DNA of 64,000 nt from a virus (taxonomy: Duplodnaviria > Heunggongvirae > Uroviricota > Caudoviricetes): the IMG/VR virus record IMGVR_UViG_3300025713_000004; one strand, given 5' to 3'. The notes under the pieces were generated by a model. That model was given only the letters and a program-made list of their open reading frames with translations, searched no databases and was not told the origin of the DNA. Numbering within the stretch: position 1 is the stretch's first letter; every line of letters starts with the position of its first letter. This document shows positions 18,948 through 29,391 of the stretch, piece by piece. Both the position numbers and the translations under genes were made by a program.

Positions 18948-19589
18948 ATGAAAAGAATAAAAAATTTTATAAATGTTAAAATATTACCATATTTAAGAAG
19001 TGGATATGGTTATTACTATTACCTTTGTTTTAAGAATTTTATAATAAAACTCATAAAACCAAAGAAAATAATAGCCATTAAATGGAGAATTACTATTGAT
19101 GAAGAATTTAAATACGTCACGTATGTTGAAAAATGTTTAATTACAAGGTATATAGGAAGAATAAGAAACAATATACTATTTGATAATAAAGACACTTTTC
19201 ATTTTAAATTTAATAATATACCCACAGCACCATCATCAATATATGAAAAGGATGTAATTAATCCAGAAATCAAACCCCAAAACGATTTTTATTTTGTTGA
19301 AAAAAACTGTTTGATTGAATATATAGTGGATGAATTTAATGATAATTCAATTGTTTTTCATTCTGAAAATTTCACACATTTCAAGATTGGTAATTCAGAA
19401 TGGATACCCATTGAAAATATTGACTATAGGTATGGTGGATTATGTTTATTTTCGTTTGAACATAAATTATTTGCAATTATTGAAACTGATTTAATTTCAG
19501 AAGTAAGTAAAAATGAAATTGGTAATTTAATAGAAAAAGATTTAAAGGAATTAACACTTTCTTTTCAAAAAATTAAACAAAAAATATAA
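18948..19589 (+). CDS. hypothetical protein
   Basis: 213-aa ORF. Confidence 0.35.
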   Translation: MKRIKNFINVKILPYLRSGYGYYYYLCFKNFIIKLIKPKKIIAIKWRITIDEEFKYVTYVEKCLITRYIGRIRNNILFDNKDTFHFKFNNIPTAPSSIYEKDVINPEIKPQNDFYFVEKNCLIEYIVDEFNDNSIVFHSENFTHFKIGNSEWIPIENIDYRYGGLCLFSFEHKLFAIIETDLISEVSKNEIGNLIEKDLKELTLSFQKIKQKI

Positions 19590-19782
19590 AAATTTAAATA
19601 ATTATTAAACATAAAGAAATTAATTTGTATGGAATTGAATATTTTTTAGTACCAAAATCCACCAAATATGATATTATAAAAACCTAACCAAAGAATATTG
19701 AATCCTCACATGGTCTTTGGAAAATCTTTGAAGAACCAAAAAGAGTTAAAAAAACACAAATTATAATTAATGTTTTAGAAAA

Positions 19783-21870
19783 TCATTTAATGTTAAGAAC
19801 ATCTGCCACAAATTTTATACAATCAGATTCCCCCAACCCTTTATAAAAATAAAAATCTGAGTCGGGTTGGTTTGTGGGAATACCATATAATTTTCCACCA
19901 TTTAATGGGCAAGCAACACCACCCCATGATGGTGAGTTTACACCGTTACGATAATAACCCAATTCATTAACATCGATATTAAAAACATCATCAATATATT
20001 TAAATCCCTTTTTCTCTATACTATTAAAACTTTTAATATGGTTTTCTGGTACTTCAATAAAATCAGTCCAGTGTAAATTGGGTCGTATAAATCTTTTGGT
20101 ATTGATATCATTTGCTGCAATTGGATAACTATTATCATTAATCGATTGAACTTCACCGCTAATTTCTGTATCATAACTAAAACATGTGTTAATTCTTAAC
20201 CCACCAAATTCAGCACTTCTAACATATCCCATTTGTGGAAGATAAATAGAAAAATTTAGCCAATTTGCACCAAAAATTTTTTTATTATCATCAGTAAAAC
20301 CATTACTCGGAAAATCATCTGTAGTTTTAATAACACCAACAGTAAAAAACGGGTCTTTTTTTAATCTATTAATTTTATCATCTATTTCAAATCCATTACT
20401 AAATACTGCCGATTCTGTTCCTTTTTTATTATAAACAACACCGTTAAATTTTGAAACGCTATAAATTTTATTTGATTTAAATGTAAAATGACTATTTCTC
20501 CATTGAGATGTATTTACAGTTTGATAATTAGTGGTATGTTGTGGTATTTTAATTCTTGTTCTGAATAAAGTAACCGAACGTGTTTCATTTCCAATAACAT
20601 TTTCAAGTCTTAGATTAGGTGTGGATAAATCATCTTCAGTAATTTCTAATGTTATAAATCCTTTAAATTCGGTATATATACCACCTTGTGTTAAATCGCT
20701 TACTTCAATAAGAGTTCCTTCTTCATTATGTATCATTTTTTTTCTGTTACAATTAACAATAAAAATAAAATCACCATTCCTTTTATGTGTTGTATATTCA
20801 GATGGATTTAATAATATCATTTTTTTATAAAGATTATTTATTTCTGTAGAATTGGTTGTATTAATTTCATTATCTGTTACATTATTAGGATAATAATATA
20901 TTTTTTCGGTTATATTACCAATTCTCTTATTTTGTATATTAATACTATTATATTGGTCATTTACTCTATATAATTGACCAATACCAAATTTTTTAAAATA
21001 ATTACCATTTTCATCCTTATTTTGATAATTATTAGCCCATCTTGATTCATAGTCATCAGTAAAAGCACTACCAAAAATAGTAAATTGACCACTAATTGTT
21101 GCTTTAATTTTAAAATCCTGTCTGGTTATTCCAATTTCAAAATTTTCTTTATCACCCCAGAATGGTATTATATCCACATTAATTTCTTGTGTTTCTATAT
21201 GTGGTAAATCATCCAAATTTGAACTTTCTTTTATTTTTGTGTTATTATCAGTAAAAAGATTAGGAGAATATCCTAAATTTACTACCATTGCAGCAGGTGT
21301 CATTGAAAATTCACCAATATCTGTAATATCAACACTCATATGTACTGTTTGCGTTCCTGTTGGTACACCAAAAATCATATAATCACCTGATTTGTTGGTA
21401 ACAGCAGTATATTTATAATATTTTTTATATACATTAAATAAAACTTCGTTGGTTACTAGTTCTGGTTTTATTGGGAATGAACCAAATGGTTGTTTTGGTT
21501 TATAAATATTTTTTTCTTGGTCTAATTCAGAAACACGTGGTAATAGATTATATCGTTTACCTTCATTATTTAAATCTCTAGGCGTTTCATAAGGATAAAT
21601 GCTATAAATTTCATCATTATTTTTATCTTCTTCATTGAGTGGTATAAATATACTAATTTTTGCATTAGGAATTCCAACATTATCGTTTGCAATAACCCTT
21701 CCCACTAAAATACCATAATCAGAATTAAAATTTTTATAAGCATCTTCTGTTTTAAATTTTAATGACATAAATTCCAAAGTTTTAACTTTTTGTTCAAGTT
21801 TAACTTTTATAAATTTATCATTATTTGATGGGTCGTTAATATTAAAAAAAATTCGTTGTGATTTATTCAT
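19783..21870 (-). CDS. hypothetical large protein (695 aa), probably structural
   Basis: The protein has balanced composition and many Gly/Asn/Thr beta-strand-like segments. CGTATTTATA precedes it on the minus strand (plus-strand tataaatacg at 21885-21894), 14 nt from the ATG. Confidence 0.5.
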   Translation of the reverse strand: MNKSQRIFFNINDPSNNDKFIKVKLEQKVKTLEFMSLKFKTEDAYKNFNSDYGILVGRVIANDNVGIPNAKISIFIPLNEEDKNNDEIYSIYPYETPRDLNNEGKRYNLLPRVSELDQEKNIYKPKQPFGSFPIKPELVTNEVLFNVYKKYYKYTAVTNKSGDYMIFGVPTGTQTVHMSVDITDIGEFSMTPAAMVVNLGYSPNLFTDNNTKIKESSNLDDLPHIETQEINVDIIPFWGDKENFEIGITRQDFKIKATISGQFTIFGSAFTDDYESRWANNYQNKDENGNYFKKFGIGQLYRVNDQYNSINIQNKRIGNITEKIYYYPNNVTDNEINTTNSTEINNLYKKMILLNPSEYTTHKRNGDFIFIVNCNRKKMIHNEEGTLIEVSDLTQGGIYTEFKGFITLEITEDDLSTPNLRLENVIGNETRSVTLFRTRIKIPQHTTNYQTVNTSQWRNSHFTFKSNKIYSVSKFNGVVYNKKGTESAVFSNGFEIDDKINRLKKDPFFTVGVIKTTDDFPSNGFTDDNKKIFGANWLNFSIYLPQMGYVRSAEFGGLRINTCFSYDTEISGEVQSINDNSYPIAANDINTKRFIRPNLHWTDFIEVPENHIKSFNSIEKKGFKYIDDVFNIDVNELGYYRNGVNSPSWGGVACPLNGGKLYGIPTNQPDSDFYFYKGLGESDCIKFVADVLNIK

Positions 21871-22161
21871 AATTAAAATTTTTTATAAATACGAATTACA
21901 AAAATAACTAAAATATTAAAAATTTTCAAATTATTATTTTAGGGTTTTTTCATAAAAAAATTTAAAATTTTAATAAAAAATCAAAAATTTTAAAAAAAAG
22001 TAATAAAAAATAAAAAATAACTCAAAATTGTTGTTTTATTATAAAGAATTACAATACTATAATAATACTATTAAATCTTCTTTTCGATTATTTTTTAGTA
22101 TTTATTGAAAAAGAACATAAAATAGAAAAATAATAAATAATATAGTAAAGTAATAAAAAAT

Positions 22162-24915
22162 ATGGGAAATTTTGTATTCACATCTCCAGGTGTAAAATTT
22201 AAAGAACGTGATTTAACTTTTGTGACACGTAATGTAGGAATAACAACATTGGGTTTAGTTGGCGAAACTATGAAAGGACCTGCTTTTGAACCTGTTTATA
22301 TTGAAGATAAACAACAATTTAAGGAAATATTTGGAAACCAATCAACCAAAAGAATGGATGGTAATTTACAATACCAATTACCCTATGTTGCTAATGCATA
22401 TTTAAACGAATCAAATCAACTATGGGTTACCAGAGTATTGGGTTTAAGTGGTTATGATGCGGGAAATGCTTGGATGTTAACATTAAGTGCTGGATTAGAC
22501 CCTGATAGTATTAATATTGTATCAACAATTACTGATAATACAAGTTTAACTGATAATACTTATTATGGTCATAATATCTATTTTAATGGACAAACTGGTA
22601 CAATAAAAAGTGGTTATACAAAAAATAATATTAATAACACATTTTCACAAACCGTATATGATTATTATGTTGAAGATTATCAAGAAGGTGGTGATTCTGG
22701 TATTCTATATACTGCAACCACTTACACAGGTAAATCATACATCAACTATGAAAATATGGTATTGGCAATAATTAGAAGTAATGGTGATTCTAAAATTCCT
22801 ATTAATGAACCACAAAAAACAAAATTTTATACAAAAAATCTTAAAATAAAGAATAATAAAACATTATTTGATATTGGTGATTTATATGGAAGATTTGATA
22901 TTGAAGTTGTGTTTGAAGAAAATGGTATAGATAAAACTGAAACATATACGGTTTCATTAAATCCTGATGATGCTAGTTTTCTACCAAATGTTATTGGTAA
23001 TAAACCAAAAAGTAAAAAAACAAAAATTTGGGTACAAGAAGTATATCCTGAATTGATGAAAAAACTAAAAACTGATGATTTAGGATATGGTATTAATACT
23101 CAAGTAATAACAGGTAGTTCAACTAATTTTACTGATAGTTTTAATTCTCAATTTCGAACACCAGAAACCCCTTGGGTAGTATCACAAGTTAAGGGTAATG
23201 TAGTTGATAGATTATTTAAATTTATCAGTATTAGTGATGGTAATGCTGCTAATGAAGAAATAAAAATTTCAATTGAAAATATAGACCCAACAAGTTTAAC
23301 ATTTGATGTAATAATTCGTAGTTTTTATGATACTGATGATAATGTTAATATTCTTAAATCATTCATTAAATGTAGTATGATTAAAGAATCAAACAACTAT
23401 ATTGGTAAAAAAATTGGTACTATTGATGGTGAATATCAATTAAAAAATAATTATATTATGGTTGAAATTGCTGATAATATTTCTGATGGAGTATTTCCTG
23501 CTGGATTTGAAGGGTATTATTTAAATGATTATAGCACAAAATCAACAGGGGATAATACAACAACAGGTATTTCACCAACAATATTTTATAAAAGGTCATA
23601 TTTAGTAAGAGAAGATGTAAAAAAAGCATATTTAGGTATTTCAGAAAAAGGATATGGTACAAACAATGGATTTAATCAAAATATGTTTAACTATAATGGT
23701 TATTTTGAATCAAGTCCATATGTTACTGGATTTACTAAATCTAAAGGATTTCATATGGATATAACTGCTACTGCCATAACCAATACTTCATTTGTTGGTG
23801 AATTTGATTGTGGTATGGATGTTTTTCAAACATATAAAGACATTGATAATCCTAACAATAAATATAATAATATTAAAACAAGAAAATTTACTTTAGTTCC
23901 CGCAGGTGGATTTGATGGTTGGGATGTTCATCGTATTTCACGTTCTAATACTGATGGATATCAACAAGGTGGCATATATAGTGGTTATCCGAACAATCCT
24001 TTATTTCCACCAACAAATGATTTTCAAGCATGGCAAATGGCAATAGATACTTTTGCTAATCCTGAAGAAGTTACCATAAATTTATTTGCAACTCCTGGTA
24101 TTAATTGGGCTGACCATCAATTATTAGTAAAAGATACAATTGAAATGATTGAAGAAAAAAGAGCAGATAGTTTATATGTTATTGATTCTCCTGATATCGG
24201 AATTGAATTTAGTGTCGGTAATAGTCGTAATGCAGATGTTGATAATGCTGAATCTTATAAAGAAGCATTAGATTTAACAGAAATAGATAGTAGTTATTCT
24301 TGTACTTATGCTCCTTGGATTCAAATTCAAGACACACAAAATATTTCTGATATTTACATTCCACCAACTGGTGAAGTTTTACGTGCAATGGCATATACTG
24401 ATAAGGTTAATTTTCCTTGGTATGCCCCTGCTGGTTTAAATCGTGGTGCAATTAATGCAAAACAACCAAAATATAAATTAAGTCTTGAAGCACGTGATAT
24501 TCTTTATAGTGGAAGAATTAATCCAATTGCATATTTTTCAGACGTTGGTACTGCAATTTTTGGTCAAAAAACATTAAAGAAAAAAGAAGGTGCGTTAGAT
24601 AGAATTAATGTTCGTAGATTACTTCTTCGAATTAAAGTTTTAATTTCTAACATTGCTGTTAGATTATTATTTGAACAAAACGACCAAGATGTTATTAACG
24701 AATTCTTGGCTAAAGCAAATCCTGCTTTAGCAGCAATAAAAAGAGAAAGAGGTTTATATGATTTTAAAATAAAAATGGATGATACTAATAATACCCCAGA
24801 AACACGTGATAGAAATGAACTATATGGTGAAATATTTTTAAAACCAACACGTACTCTTGAATATATTGGTATTACATTTACAATTACACCTTCAGGTGCA
24901 TCTTTCGAAGAATAA
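22162..24915 (+). CDS. contractile tail sheath protein (T4 gp18 family)
   Basis: The N-terminus FTSPGVKFKERDLTFV...GLVGETMKGPAFEPVYI...FKEIFGNQ follows T4 gp18 LLSPGIELKETTVQS...ALAGKFQWGPAFQ...TFGQP. The C-terminal block GRINPIAYFSDVGTAIFGQKTLKKKEGALDRINVRRLLLRIKVL matches the conserved sheath C-terminal domain (INP..F.G.G..IFGQKTL...ALDRINVRRL). At 917 aa it is a large, jumbo-type sheath. Confidence 0.85.
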   Translation: MGNFVFTSPGVKFKERDLTFVTRNVGITTLGLVGETMKGPAFEPVYIEDKQQFKEIFGNQSTKRMDGNLQYQLPYVANAYLNESNQLWVTRVLGLSGYDAGNAWMLTLSAGLDPDSINIVSTITDNTSLTDNTYYGHNIYFNGQTGTIKSGYTKNNINNTFSQTVYDYYVEDYQEGGDSGILYTATTYTGKSYINYENMVLAIIRSNGDSKIPINEPQKTKFYTKNLKIKNNKTLFDIGDLYGRFDIEVVFEENGIDKTETYTVSLNPDDASFLPNVIGNKPKSKKTKIWVQEVYPELMKKLKTDDLGYGINTQVITGSSTNFTDSFNSQFRTPETPWVVSQVKGNVVDRLFKFISISDGNAANEEIKISIENIDPTSLTFDVIIRSFYDTDDNVNILKSFIKCSMIKESNNYIGKKIGTIDGEYQLKNNYIMVEIADNISDGVFPAGFEGYYLNDYSTKSTGDNTTTGISPTIFYKRSYLVREDVKKAYLGISEKGYGTNNGFNQNMFNYNGYFESSPYVTGFTKSKGFHMDITATAITNTSFVGEFDCGMDVFQTYKDIDNPNNKYNNIKTRKFTLVPAGGFDGWDVHRISRSNTDGYQQGGIYSGYPNNPLFPPTNDFQAWQMAIDTFANPEEVTINLFATPGINWADHQLLVKDTIEMIEEKRADSLYVIDSPDIGIEFSVGNSRNADVDNAESYKEALDLTEIDSSYSCTYAPWIQIQDTQNISDIYIPPTGEVLRAMAYTDKVNFPWYAPAGLNRGAINAKQPKYKLSLEARDILYSGRINPIAYFSDVGTAIFGQKTLKKKEGALDRINVRRLLLRIKVLISNIAVRLLFEQNDQDVINEFLAKANPALAAIKRERGLYDFKIKMDDTNNTPETRDRNELYGEIFLKPTRTLEYIGITFTITPSGASFEE

Positions 24916-24935
24916 AAAAATAAAAGTTTACAAAA

Positions 24936-24965
24936 AAAGACCTCAAATGTGAGGTCTTTTTTATT
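24936..24965 (+). terminator. rho-independent terminator after the sheath gene
   Basis: aagacctca-aatg-tgaggtctt is followed by TTTTTATTT. The stem is GC-containing, which is rare in this genome. Confidence 0.7.
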
Positions 24966-24999
24966 TAAAAAAATAAAAACTGATAATTTTAATAATAAG

Positions 25000-25009
25000 A
25001 CTATTTATA
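25000..25009 (+). promoter_or_regulatory. candidate late-promoter element ACTATTTATA
   Basis: The same 10-mer as at 25336-25345 and 34636-34645. It lies 32 nt upstream of the ATG at 25042. An overlapping TATAAATA (25010-25017) is the literal T4 late-promoter octamer. Confidence 0.35.
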
Positions 25010-25041
25010 TATAAATAATTAATTAAAATATTAATATAGAT

Positions 25042-25320
25042 ATGGGAAAAAAATATAAAAAACAATCTGATTTAGAACACAAATTTAATTCAGACATTAA
25101 CTATAATGATAAAATTGAAATTAATCAAGAAATTCCTGAAAATGAATATAGTATGGAAGAAAATATAAAAAACGATAATTTTTCAGAAATAGAATATATA
25201 GAAAATGAAACAATTGAAAAAGAAAATGAAATAATTGTCGAAAAACCAAAAAAATCCATTGCTGATTTAAGTAAATCTGAATATAGACAATATTTAAGAA
25301 CAGGTATAATTCCAGAATAA
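25042..25320 (+). CDS. hypothetical acidic protein
   Basis: A 92-aa, Glu/Asn/Ile-rich ORF between the sheath and tube genes. Confidence 0.35.
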   Translation: MGKKYKKQSDLEHKFNSDINYNDKIEINQEIPENEYSMEENIKNDNFSEIEYIENETIEKENEIIVEKPKKSIADLSKSEYRQYLRTGIIPE

Positions 25321-25335
25321 AAAAAGAGAATTAAA

Positions 25336-25345
25336 ACTATTTATA
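25336..25345 (+). promoter_or_regulatory. candidate late-promoter element ACTATTTATA
   Basis: An 11-mer, AACTATTTATA, identical to the instance upstream of the tape-measure gene. It lies 36 nt upstream of the tube-gene ATG. Confidence 0.35.
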
Positions 25346-25381
25346 AAAAAAATAAATTTGAATTAATTAAATATATATGAT

Positions 25382-25870
25382 ATGGGTGATATGTTAATAA
25401 AAGTGCCAATGCAACACGAACCAAAAAGAAAAAATAGATATTTTGCTCATTTTGGTACTGATATTGGTATTGAAACTTGGGCAATTCGTAAATTTAAAAG
25501 ACCTTCAATGAAAATAAATAAAATTGAAATACCATACATGAATGAACAGAATTATGTTGCGGGTAGATATACATGGGATTCGGTTAATGTTACTTTTCTT
25601 GACCCAATCGGTCCTTCTTCCTCACAAATTCTCATGGAATGGGTTCGTTTACATGCAGAATCCATAACTGGTCGTATGGGTTATGCTGCTGGTTATAAAA
25701 AAACCATAACATTAGAATCGTTAGACCCAACGGGTATTGCTATTGAAAAATGGACACTTGAAGATTGTCAAATTATTAGTATTGATTTTGGTGATAATGA
25801 TTATAGTAGTGATGACCTAACTGAAATTTCATTAGAATTACAACCTTGGAGATGTATTCTTAATATGTAA
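25382..25870 (+). CDS. tail tube protein (T4 gp19-like)
   Basis: The 162-aa protein sits immediately after the sheath gene. Its pattern ...WDSVNVTFLDP...W......GYKKTITLESLDPTG.AIEKWTLEDCQIISIDFGDNDYSSDDLTEISLEL parallels gp19 ...DDWTVTVMND...W....EYKK...EIKGLWPTNVGELQLDWDSNNEIQTFEVTL. Confidence 0.65.
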   Translation: MGDMLIKVPMQHEPKRKNRYFAHFGTDIGIETWAIRKFKRPSMKINKIEIPYMNEQNYVAGRYTWDSVNVTFLDPIGPSSSQILMEWVRLHAESITGRMGYAAGYKKTITLESLDPTGIAIEKWTLEDCQIISIDFGDNDYSSDDLTEISLELQPWRCILNM

Positions 25871-25890
25871 ATATTATTTATTCTTAAGTT

Positions 25891-25928
25891 TAAAAGCAAT
25901 TATATTTAATTATATAATTGCTTTTTTT
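25891..25928. terminator. bidirectional terminator hairpin between convergent genes
   Basis: aaaagcaattatat-ttaa-ttatataattgcttttttt is flanked by A-runs and T-runs on both sides. It lies between the tube gene (plus strand, ends 25870) and the minus-strand gene ending at 25927. Confidence 0.6.
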
Positions 25929-26838
25929 AATTAATAACAATATTTTTTTGAAGCATTGGTTCAAATTGTAGTTCTTCCAACATTCTAATTATTTCTGTTT
26001 TTTCTGCTGGTAATGCAGAATATCCATGAATATGATTAATTAAAACATTTCTAAATATTTCTAAAATTTCTAATAACACATCACCACGAACTAAAGGATG
26101 TGTATTATCAAATATTCTTTTTCTATCTTCAAATTTTAATTTTGTTGTTTTTAAATTTGGATTACCATCATGTGAAATTAAAGCAATTTTATCACTGGTC
26201 ATGATAATATTACTTTGATATTCATCTTTTTTTTCTATATTTGGTTCAAAAACTAAACTAATTTGTGCTGGATTTTTTATGTTTAATTTTAAAGGATTAT
26301 CATTTTCATGTTTTCCTGCACGTATATGAACTTCATTTAATCTTAATATAACATCAGTATTAACACGACCAATAATTGCAACATCTGTTTTTGTAGGGTA
26401 AATACCTTCAGCATCTGGATATGTAGATGGTGCTTTTTCAGGTGCTAATCCCATTTCTTTATCAATATTAGACCTTGCACTAAAAATATAATCACCACCA
26501 ATTTTATGTGGTTGTGATATAATACTACCTAACCAAAATCTACCTTTTTGATTAAAACTAATATCTTCAATGAATACCCTAACCGTTTCATTAATTTTTG
26601 GATATACATGAAAAAATTTTGGTAATAAGGGATAACACCACGATAAATTTTCAGGATTATCTTTATCTATTTGACTATCTAAATCTGGAATATATACTTT
26701 AATTCTCATACCATCAGTCTTATCATCAATATCTAAAACAGTACCATAAAAAATTGTTCTTTGTGGTACTATTGTAGATGGTGATTTTCTTAATGGATTA
26801 CTAGTATGTGTTATTTTATTTATATAACTATCTAACAT
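25927..26838 (-). CDS. putative baseplate spike / gpV-like protein
   Basis: The 303-aa protein has FYGTVLDIDDKTDGMRIKVYIPDLD, which resembles the N-terminal OB-fold block of P2 gpV / T4 gp5-type spikes (G.V..VD.....RV.V). The assignment is weak. Confidence 0.35.
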   Translation of the reverse strand: MLDSYINKITHTSNPLRKSPSTIVPQRTIFYGTVLDIDDKTDGMRIKVYIPDLDSQIDKDNPENLSWCYPLLPKFFHVYPKINETVRVFIEDISFNQKGRFWLGSIISQPHKIGGDYIFSARSNIDKEMGLAPEKAPSTYPDAEGIYPTKTDVAIIGRVNTDVILRLNEVHIRAGKHENDNPLKLNIKNPAQISLVFEPNIEKKDEYQSNIIMTSDKIALISHDGNPNLKTTKLKFEDRKRIFDNTHPLVRGDVLLEILEIFRNVLINHIHGYSALPAEKTEIIRMLEELQFEPMLQKNIVIN

Positions 26839-26842
26839 ATTA

Positions 26843-27046
26843 TTATCTTTTATCTAATTCTTCGTGTATTAAACTATTTAATGTTTTTAAATCTTCTAAA
26901 ATTTTTAAATTTTCGTTTATTTTATTTTGTAATTCTTCAACCGTCAATAAATCTTTAATAATTTCTTGTTTAAGTGATTCGTGTTCACTTCTAATATCAT
27001 TACTATATTTTAGTAATTCTATTTGTGTATAATCTGTTAAATCCAT
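26843..27046 (-). CDS. hypothetical small coiled-coil protein
   Basis: 67-aa ORF. Confidence 0.3.
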   Translation of the reverse strand: MDLTDYTQIELLKYSNDIRSEHESLKQEIIKDLLTVEELQNKINENLKILEDLKTLNSLIHEELDKR

Positions 27047-27050
27047 ATTT

Positions 27051-27458
27051 TTATTGTATTATACCATATCCTTTTGTTATCGTAATTGTTGAACCATATA
27101 CTGAAACAGGACCTGCTGGTGATATTCCCGCAGCAGATAATGTTATTCCTGGTGGTATAGCAACACTAATAATTGCATCAGTTTGAAGTGCTTTAATTAT
27201 TTCTTCAACTCTAATTTTTTCCATAATTTCATCAGGATTTGCATTGCCATTTGGTAATACACCAATTGGTAATCCTGCTTCACTTTTTCTTTTAATAATT
27301 TCATGTGCAATTTTACTTGCAGATAAACCACCACGTTGTGGAACACCAACCAAAATTAATGGTGTTGGTATTGGTGGTGGACTTCCAATTGATGATAATT
27401 TTAAAATTTTAGTAAAACCACCAATAATAGAATCAATATTGGTATAATCAATATTCAT
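27051..27458 (-). CDS. hypothetical Gly/Pro-rich protein (baseplate-associated by position)
   Basis: The 135-aa protein has proline/glycine beta-rich segments (IGSPPPIPTPLILVGVP...ISVAIPPGITLSAAGISPAGPVSVYGSTITITKGYG). Confidence 0.35.
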   Translation of the reverse strand: MNIDYTNIDSIIGGFTKILKLSSIGSPPPIPTPLILVGVPQRGGLSASKIAHEIIKRKSEAGLPIGVLPNGNANPDEIMEKIRVEEIIKALQTDAIISVAIPPGITLSAAGISPAGPVSVYGSTITITKGYGIIQ

Positions 27459-27636
27459 TATATTTATTTTAATGTTTTTAATTTTTTTACATTAACCCAT
27501 TTCCAACCCAATATTAATCTTGTTAATATTTTTCTAACTAAATTAGGTTTAGAAGTTGTAGCCATTTGTGTACCATTAACATTACCATCAATTAAATACA
27601 CACCAACTATTTGTTTATTAACTTTTTGGTCTATAA

Positions 27637-28974
27637 TCATAATATTTTAGATTTTATTGTTGAAACTAATGACATAAGACTATTTTCCCAAGATTCTAAT
27701 CTTTCTTTCATTCGTTCTTTTATTTCTGGTTTAATTAATTTAACTAAATATTTAACAACTAAAGCAAAAATAAATGCACCTACAATAAGCATAATTTCTT
27801 TTTTCATACAAAAAATAATTCTTTTCCATTTTTTTAAATCATCTTTTGCTTTTTCTAACATAACTTCACCATTATTAACAATAGCACTATATATTGCCAT
27901 TAACATTCTTACTTGTGGTGCTGTTGTAACTGCTTCTAATAATTTAAGAATAATTGTTTTTATAAATTTAACAAAAAAACCGTCCTTAAAACTTCTTTTA
28001 TCGGAATCATCAGAAGTATTTATGCTATTTTCCATTATATCACTAACAATATTACCAACTTCATTAGGATTTTTATTAGAATCATTTATATCCACCATCA
28101 TTTTTTGTAATGATTCCATTGGTAATTCACCATAATATACTTCGTATTCAATTTCTTCAGGTATAAAACCTTGAACTATTTTACAATTAATATCATAAGT
28201 TACTAAACCATTAGAAATTTGTTCCGCTTCTAAATCTAAATCAGGATAATTTTCTATATTAACATCATATGGATTATCTTCATCATTTAAAACATTTTCT
28301 AATATTTTTTCAGTTAAAAGTTCATCTAAAACCTCTTCTTTTGTTTTATTTTGTGATTTAGATAATGTTCCAAATAATTTATCCATTGCATTGCCAACAA
28401 TTTCATCTGAATTTATTATATTTGTATTATCAATAAAATTATTAAAATAATCACCAACATTTACATCTATAGGCTTTAATAAAAAACTATCATTATCAGG
28501 ATTATAATTTACTAATGTATTGTGACAAGGAATATTTGAACTTGGATTATTAATGGCATTTCTTAACATTCTATCACCATTATTATTCGAATCACCATAC
28601 AATAAATTTCCACCCTTTTCTTCATCTGTTGGCAATACTTTTAATTTTTTTTTACTATCGAGAGTTTTTACCTTAACATTTACATCAAATTCTGGTAATG
28701 AGTTATCGGCATTTGATTGAACAAATTGTTTTTTTAATCCACTTTTTAATTGAGATTCTGAATTATTTAATATATCAACAAGAAAAGAACCAATTAAAAA
28801 TTTTAATGCTTCAGTTCCTGCAATTGCTTTTAATACATCCAACATAAATGAAATAGAATCTTTAGAATTATTAACAGAAGAATAACTATCTTTTACTTCT
28901 GGTTTATTTCCAGATTTAGAAGAAAATGCTTTAATGTCTGAAAAGACATTTCTTTTATTGTTAATTCTACTCAT
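27637..28974 (-). CDS. hypothetical protein with a C-terminal transmembrane anchor
   Basis: The 445-aa protein has a C-terminal hydrophobic helix, MLIVGAFIFALVVKYLVKLIKP. Confidence 0.45.
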   Translation of the reverse strand: MSRINNKRNVFSDIKAFSSKSGNKPEVKDSYSSVNNSKDSISFMLDVLKAIAGTEALKFLIGSFLVDILNNSESQLKSGLKKQFVQSNADNSLPEFDVNVKVKTLDSKKKLKVLPTDEEKGGNLLYGDSNNNGDRMLRNAINNPSSNIPCHNTLVNYNPDNDSFLLKPIDVNVGDYFNNFIDNTNIINSDEIVGNAMDKLFGTLSKSQNKTKEEVLDELLTEKILENVLNDEDNPYDVNIENYPDLDLEAEQISNGLVTYDINCKIVQGFIPEEIEYEVYYGELPMESLQKMMVDINDSNKNPNEVGNIVSDIMENSINTSDDSDKRSFKDGFFVKFIKTIILKLLEAVTTAPQVRMLMAIYSAIVNNGEVMLEKAKDDLKKWKRIIFCMKKEIMLIVGAFIFALVVKYLVKLIKPEIKERMKERLESWENSLMSLVSTIKSKIL

Positions 28975-29347
28975 TACTTTCTTTTCTTTTACGTTCTATT
29001 TCTTTTGCAACAAATGATAATAATTCATTTCTTCTTGCATCAGTAACATCACCCTTTTCTTCATCATCAGAAGATGTTTTTTCGGTTTTTTTCTCAAAAA
29101 CAACTTCTTTAAGATATTTAAGTAACATTATTTTTTGGTCTTGATTTTTTGCTTCAGCAGCAATAAGTTTAACAATTTGGTCACCAATAGCAGCAACTTC
29201 TCCATTGTCTTTTACTTTTAATTCCCATTTAGTAAATAATCTAGTGATTTTTGCTTTAATATTATGGGATTCATTATATATTTCTTGAAGTAGTTTATTA
29301 ACACTTTCTTCATCAAATTTTAATTCTTTACGTTTAGGTCTTGCCAT
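28967..29347 (-). CDS. hypothetical protein
   Basis: A 126-aa ORF preceded on its strand by ACTATTTATA (plus-strand tataaatagt at 29367-29376), 19 nt from the ATG. Confidence 0.4.
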   Translation of the reverse strand: MARPKRKELKFDEESVNKLLQEIYNESHNIKAKITRLFTKWELKVKDNGEVAAIGDQIVKLIAAEAKNQDQKIMLLKYLKEVVFEKKTEKTSSDDEEKGDVTDARRNELLSFVAKEIERKRKESNE

Positions 29348-29391
29348 AATTATTAGTTTTAGTACATATAAATAGTAATAATTAAAATTTA